Shown here: positions 49,976-53,371 of the stretch, piece by piece | How the letters are laid out: each line of letters begins with the position of its first letter | Position numbering within the stretch: the first letter of the stretch is position 1 | Assembly: GCA_964558645.1 (NCBI GenBank) | Contig: CAZLEV010000004.1 | Span: 1 to 53,371, forward strand | DNA length: 53,371 nt | Direction of reading: 5' to 3' | From: an uncultured archaeon | GTDB taxonomy: Archaea; Asgardarchaeota; Thorarchaeia; Thorarchaeales; Thorarchaeaceae | Translations under genes and position numbers: made by a program | The notes under the pieces: model-generated | Databases searched by the model: none | Seen by the model: only the letters and a program-made list of their open reading frames with translations | What the model was told of the DNA's origin: nothing

Positions 49976-52900
49976 GTCGCAGAAGGAAATCCCAGATTGA
50001 GGGAATTGAAAGATCAGAGAGAAGCATCCGCCTTACCGTACTCAATCTGCCGTCGCAGAAGGAAATCCCAGATTGAGGGAATTGAAAGGTACATTTGACA
50101 CATTTTGGAGTAGCAATCACGATATTCCCAGTCGCAGAAGGAAATCCCAGATTGAGGGAATTGAAAGCGATTCCGATGCGCATGAGATTCGACGGGGGGC
50201 ATCCGAGTCGCAGAAGGAAATCCCAGATTGAGGGAATTGAAAGGCTATTGCGGGCTCACACCCGGCAGTTTGCGAAACACATGTCGCAGAAGGAAATCCC
50301 AGATTGAGGGAATTGAAAGAGAGGACATTTCGAGCGAGTCGGCCTCTTCAGGGTGTGGTCGCAGAAGGAAATCCCAGATTGAGGGAATTGAAAGTTGGTG
50401 GTGGCAGTGGAGGAACGAACAGTACCGCTCCAGGGTCGCAGAAGGAAATCCCAGATTGAGGGAATTGAAAGCTCTTTGATGCCCTGGCACTCCATGAGGT
50501 GACAGAGCATGGTCGCAGAAGGAAATCCCAGATTGAGGGAATTGAAAGTTGTTCTTCGACTTCTTTGCCGATTTGAAACCCGACTCCGTCGCAGAAGGAA
50601 ATCCCAGATTGAGGGAATTGAAAGACCACGTAAGGCGGGTTGGGTGTTTGATTAAGCCTTAGAGTCGCAGAAGGAAATCCCAGATTGAGGGAATTGAAAG
50701 GATATGGGTGAAATCGGTTGTCATTTCGTGTATCACTCCGTCGCAGAAGGAAATCCCAGATTGAGGGAATTGAAAGTTGATATGACCGAATAGATGCTGA
50801 TCAGCGGACGAATCCTGTCGCAGAAGGAAATCCCAGATTGAGGGAATTGAAAGTATCTGCTTAGGAACGCACTCAAACTGCCAAGGTTTAATTTCGTCGC
50901 AGAAGGAAATCCCAGATTGAGGGAATTGAAAGTGGATAGTATTTTTCATAGTATTTTGACCTACAGGTAGGTCGCAGAAGGAAATCCCAGATTGAGGGAA
51001 TTGAAAGATATCGTAAACGACCTGAAGCCTTGGGAGCAACGACTAGTCGCAGAAGGAAATCCCAGATTGAGGGAATTGAAAGCAGTAGGGTCTTCGATAA
51101 CCACCTTCGCAGCTGACAGAGTCGCAGAAGGAAATCCCAGATTGAGGGAATTGAAAGGGGACATGGCACTCACCGAGCCCACGTGCATGATCGTCGAGTC
51201 GCAGAAGGAAATCCCAGATTGAGGGAATTGAAAGATGCTCCGTGCCCGCTATGCTGCCAGGGACAGACGGAGGTCGCAGAAGGAAATCCCAGATTGAGGG
51301 AATTGAAAGTGGGTGTCGAGGCTCCACTTGGCGGACACTGCGGTGTACTCGTCGCAGAAGGAAATCCCAGATTGAGGGAATTGAAAGAAAGGGAATTGGC
51401 CTCTTATTCTTCTGATTCTCCACTTCGTCGCAGAAGGAAATCCCAGATTGAGGGAATTGAAAGCGTTCTGCCCAAGTATTGGGACGCCTACGAAAAGCAT
51501 CTGTCGCAGAAGGAAATCCCAGATTGAGGGAATTGAAAGGTGATTCACAGATTCACTGCTACCTTAACGATCTATTCATGTCGCAGAAGGAAATCCCAGA
51601 TTGAGGGAATTGAAAGGGCTAGCCACGGGAAGAGCCTATCATCCTGCGGGTCGAAGGTCGCAGAAGGAAATCCCAGATTGAGGGAATTGAAAGATCCAGT
51701 ACCCAAGGCGTTTTCGCTTTGCCCATAGAATGAGTCGCAGAAGGAAATCCCAGATTGAGGGAATTGAAAGGACACCTGGTCGGTCAGGGTGCCACCGTAG
51801 GTATCCTTGAGTCGCAGAAGGAAATCCCAGATTGAGGGAATTGAAAGGAAACATAATTTGCGATTCCCAGACCGTTAAATGCTGCACGTCGCAGAAGGAA
51901 ATCCCAGATTGAGGGAATTGAAAGATCTCTTCCTAGGAGGTCGCTTCAAATGATCAAGATTCCGTCGCAGAAGGAAATCCCAGATTGAGGGAATTGAAAG
52001 TACCCACTTGTCCTTGCCCTTCGCAAATATCGCCACTCCATGTCGCAGAAGGAAATCCCAGATTGAGGGAATTGAAAGACGAGGTCTACTTCGATGCCAT
52101 CACGTACCCCGCAGGATGTCGCAGAAGGAAATCCCAGATTGAGGGAATTGAAAGGCCAATGCTAGCTCCTCGACCCACTGCCCAGATGCGGGTGTCGCAG
52201 AAGGAAATCCCAGATTGAGGGAATTGAAAGTGAGTACATTCTCGCCGTGCCGCTGCACGAGGATGAAGAGTCGCAGAAGGAAATCCCAGATTGAGGGAAT
52301 TGAAAGTAGATGTGCCCGAGTCCTTGTGCCCGCAACAGATCGTGTCGCAGAAGGAAATCCCAGATTGAGGGAATTGAAAGGGACGATGGCAATCACGATG
52401 GGTAGTGCGTTGACTTTCAGTCGCAGAAGGAAATCCCAGATTGAGGGAATTGAAAGCAGCCTTGCACTCGAAGCAGAATATGACGATGAGGTAGTGTCGC
52501 AGAAGGAAATCCCAGATTGAGGGAATTGAAAGAGATGGAGGAGCAACTCCGCCTGACGAGTTCTCGGGGACGTCGCAGAAGGAAATCCCAGATTGAGGGA
52601 ATTGAAAGTAGCGGACGCGCTTCATGCGTCCGTATACTAGCTTCGGGTCGCAGAAGGAAATCCCAGATTGAGGGAATTGAAAGTTGAGGTCTTCCTCGAC
52701 TTTCAGCCTTGCCCTTTGTTCTGGTCGCAGAAGGAAATCCCAGATTGAGGGAATTGAAAGATCTTCATTTCCTCGACATATATAAAACCCTCAGTCCACA
52801 GGTCGCAGAAGGAAATCCCAGATTGAGGGAATTGAAAGTATATCTGTCTAGGTGACACAGTCAACTTCAGAACCTCCGTCGCAGAAGGAAATCCCAGATT

Positions 52901-53371
52901 GAGGGAATTGAAAGCAGGACGCTTGACCCTAACTGGGTTCATAGCCGAACGCAGTCGCAGAAGGAAATCCCAGATTGAGGGAATTGAAAGAGAATCCGAT
53001 TCACGAGGTCTTTCGCGTGATGGATCGGATGTCGCAGAAGGAAATCCCAGATTGAGGGAATTGAAAGGAATACACAGGCTATAGTATCTAATAGGTGGCC
53101 TATGCCGGTCGCAGAAGGAAATCCCAGATTGAGGGAATTGAAAGAGCATTATTTCAATGTCAACTTCATCATATCCAAGCGCGTCGCAGAAGGAAATCCC
53201 AGATTGAGGGAATTGAAAGCTAGCTGTGAAATCGCCATCTTCATCTGGAAAATAGAACAGTCGCAGAAGGAAATCCCAGATTGAGGGAATTGAAAGTCTG
53301 TGATCACTGGTTTCTTCAACCGATTGACCTCCCGGTCGCAGAAGGAAATCCCAGATTGAGGGAATTGAAAG
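49976..53371 (+). CRISPR. CRISPR array, repeat GTCGCAGAAGGAAATCCCAGATTGAGGGAATTGAAAG (37 bp); 45 repeats and 44 spacers of ~37-42 bp, running to the window end
   Basis: Invariant repeat read directly, with a TCCC/GGGA internal stem and an ATTGAAAG 3' handle that gives the orientation. Confidence 0.99.

Noticed and set aside
51388-51400. Spacer beginning AAAGGGAATTGG, resembling the repeat 3' end
   Set aside because: The match is short and the spacer length is normal; likely chance.
49635-53284. Many ORFs with repeated LSIPSIWDFLLR / VAEGNPRLRELK peptides
   Set aside because: These are translations of the CRISPR repeat, not proteins.
1-53371. tRNA/rRNA genes, cas genes, integrases or transposases
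   Set aside because: None recognised by eye in the sequence or the ORF track; a covariance-model scan was not possible.

Overview
Archaeal-type genomic window (TATA-like boxes, GGAG/GGTGA-type RBS, 37-bp CRISPR repeat ending ATTGAAAG). An Asgard/Thorarchaeota-like origin is my impression only and was not tested. All calls come from motif recognition by eye, with no database searches. (1) 1-10.5 kb is an accessory, decaying segment. It holds the 3' part of an amidinotransferase gene, a putatively exported CHAT/caspase-fold protein paired with a membrane-anchored prenyltransferase-beta-repeat protein, a MazF/PemK toxin preceded by an unannotated remnant that is paralogous to the C-terminus of a nearby 263-aa helical protein, a TauE exporter flanked by two gene-tail remnants, and a stand-alone class III nucleotidyl-cyclase-like gene. 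(2) 11-47.5 kb is a large surface-glycan cluster: GT4/GT2/GT-C glycosyltransferases, two flippases, CapK-like and CapA-like genes, nucleotide-sugar enzymes that together fit a diacetamido-uronic-acid pathway, and a DPM1-like synthase. (3) 47.5-53.4 kb holds hypC, a 1000-bp-period tandem duplication of an FkbM methyltransferase bounded by degenerate hypC fragments, then a leader and a CRISPR array (45 repeats by my count) running to the window end. No cas genes are visible.
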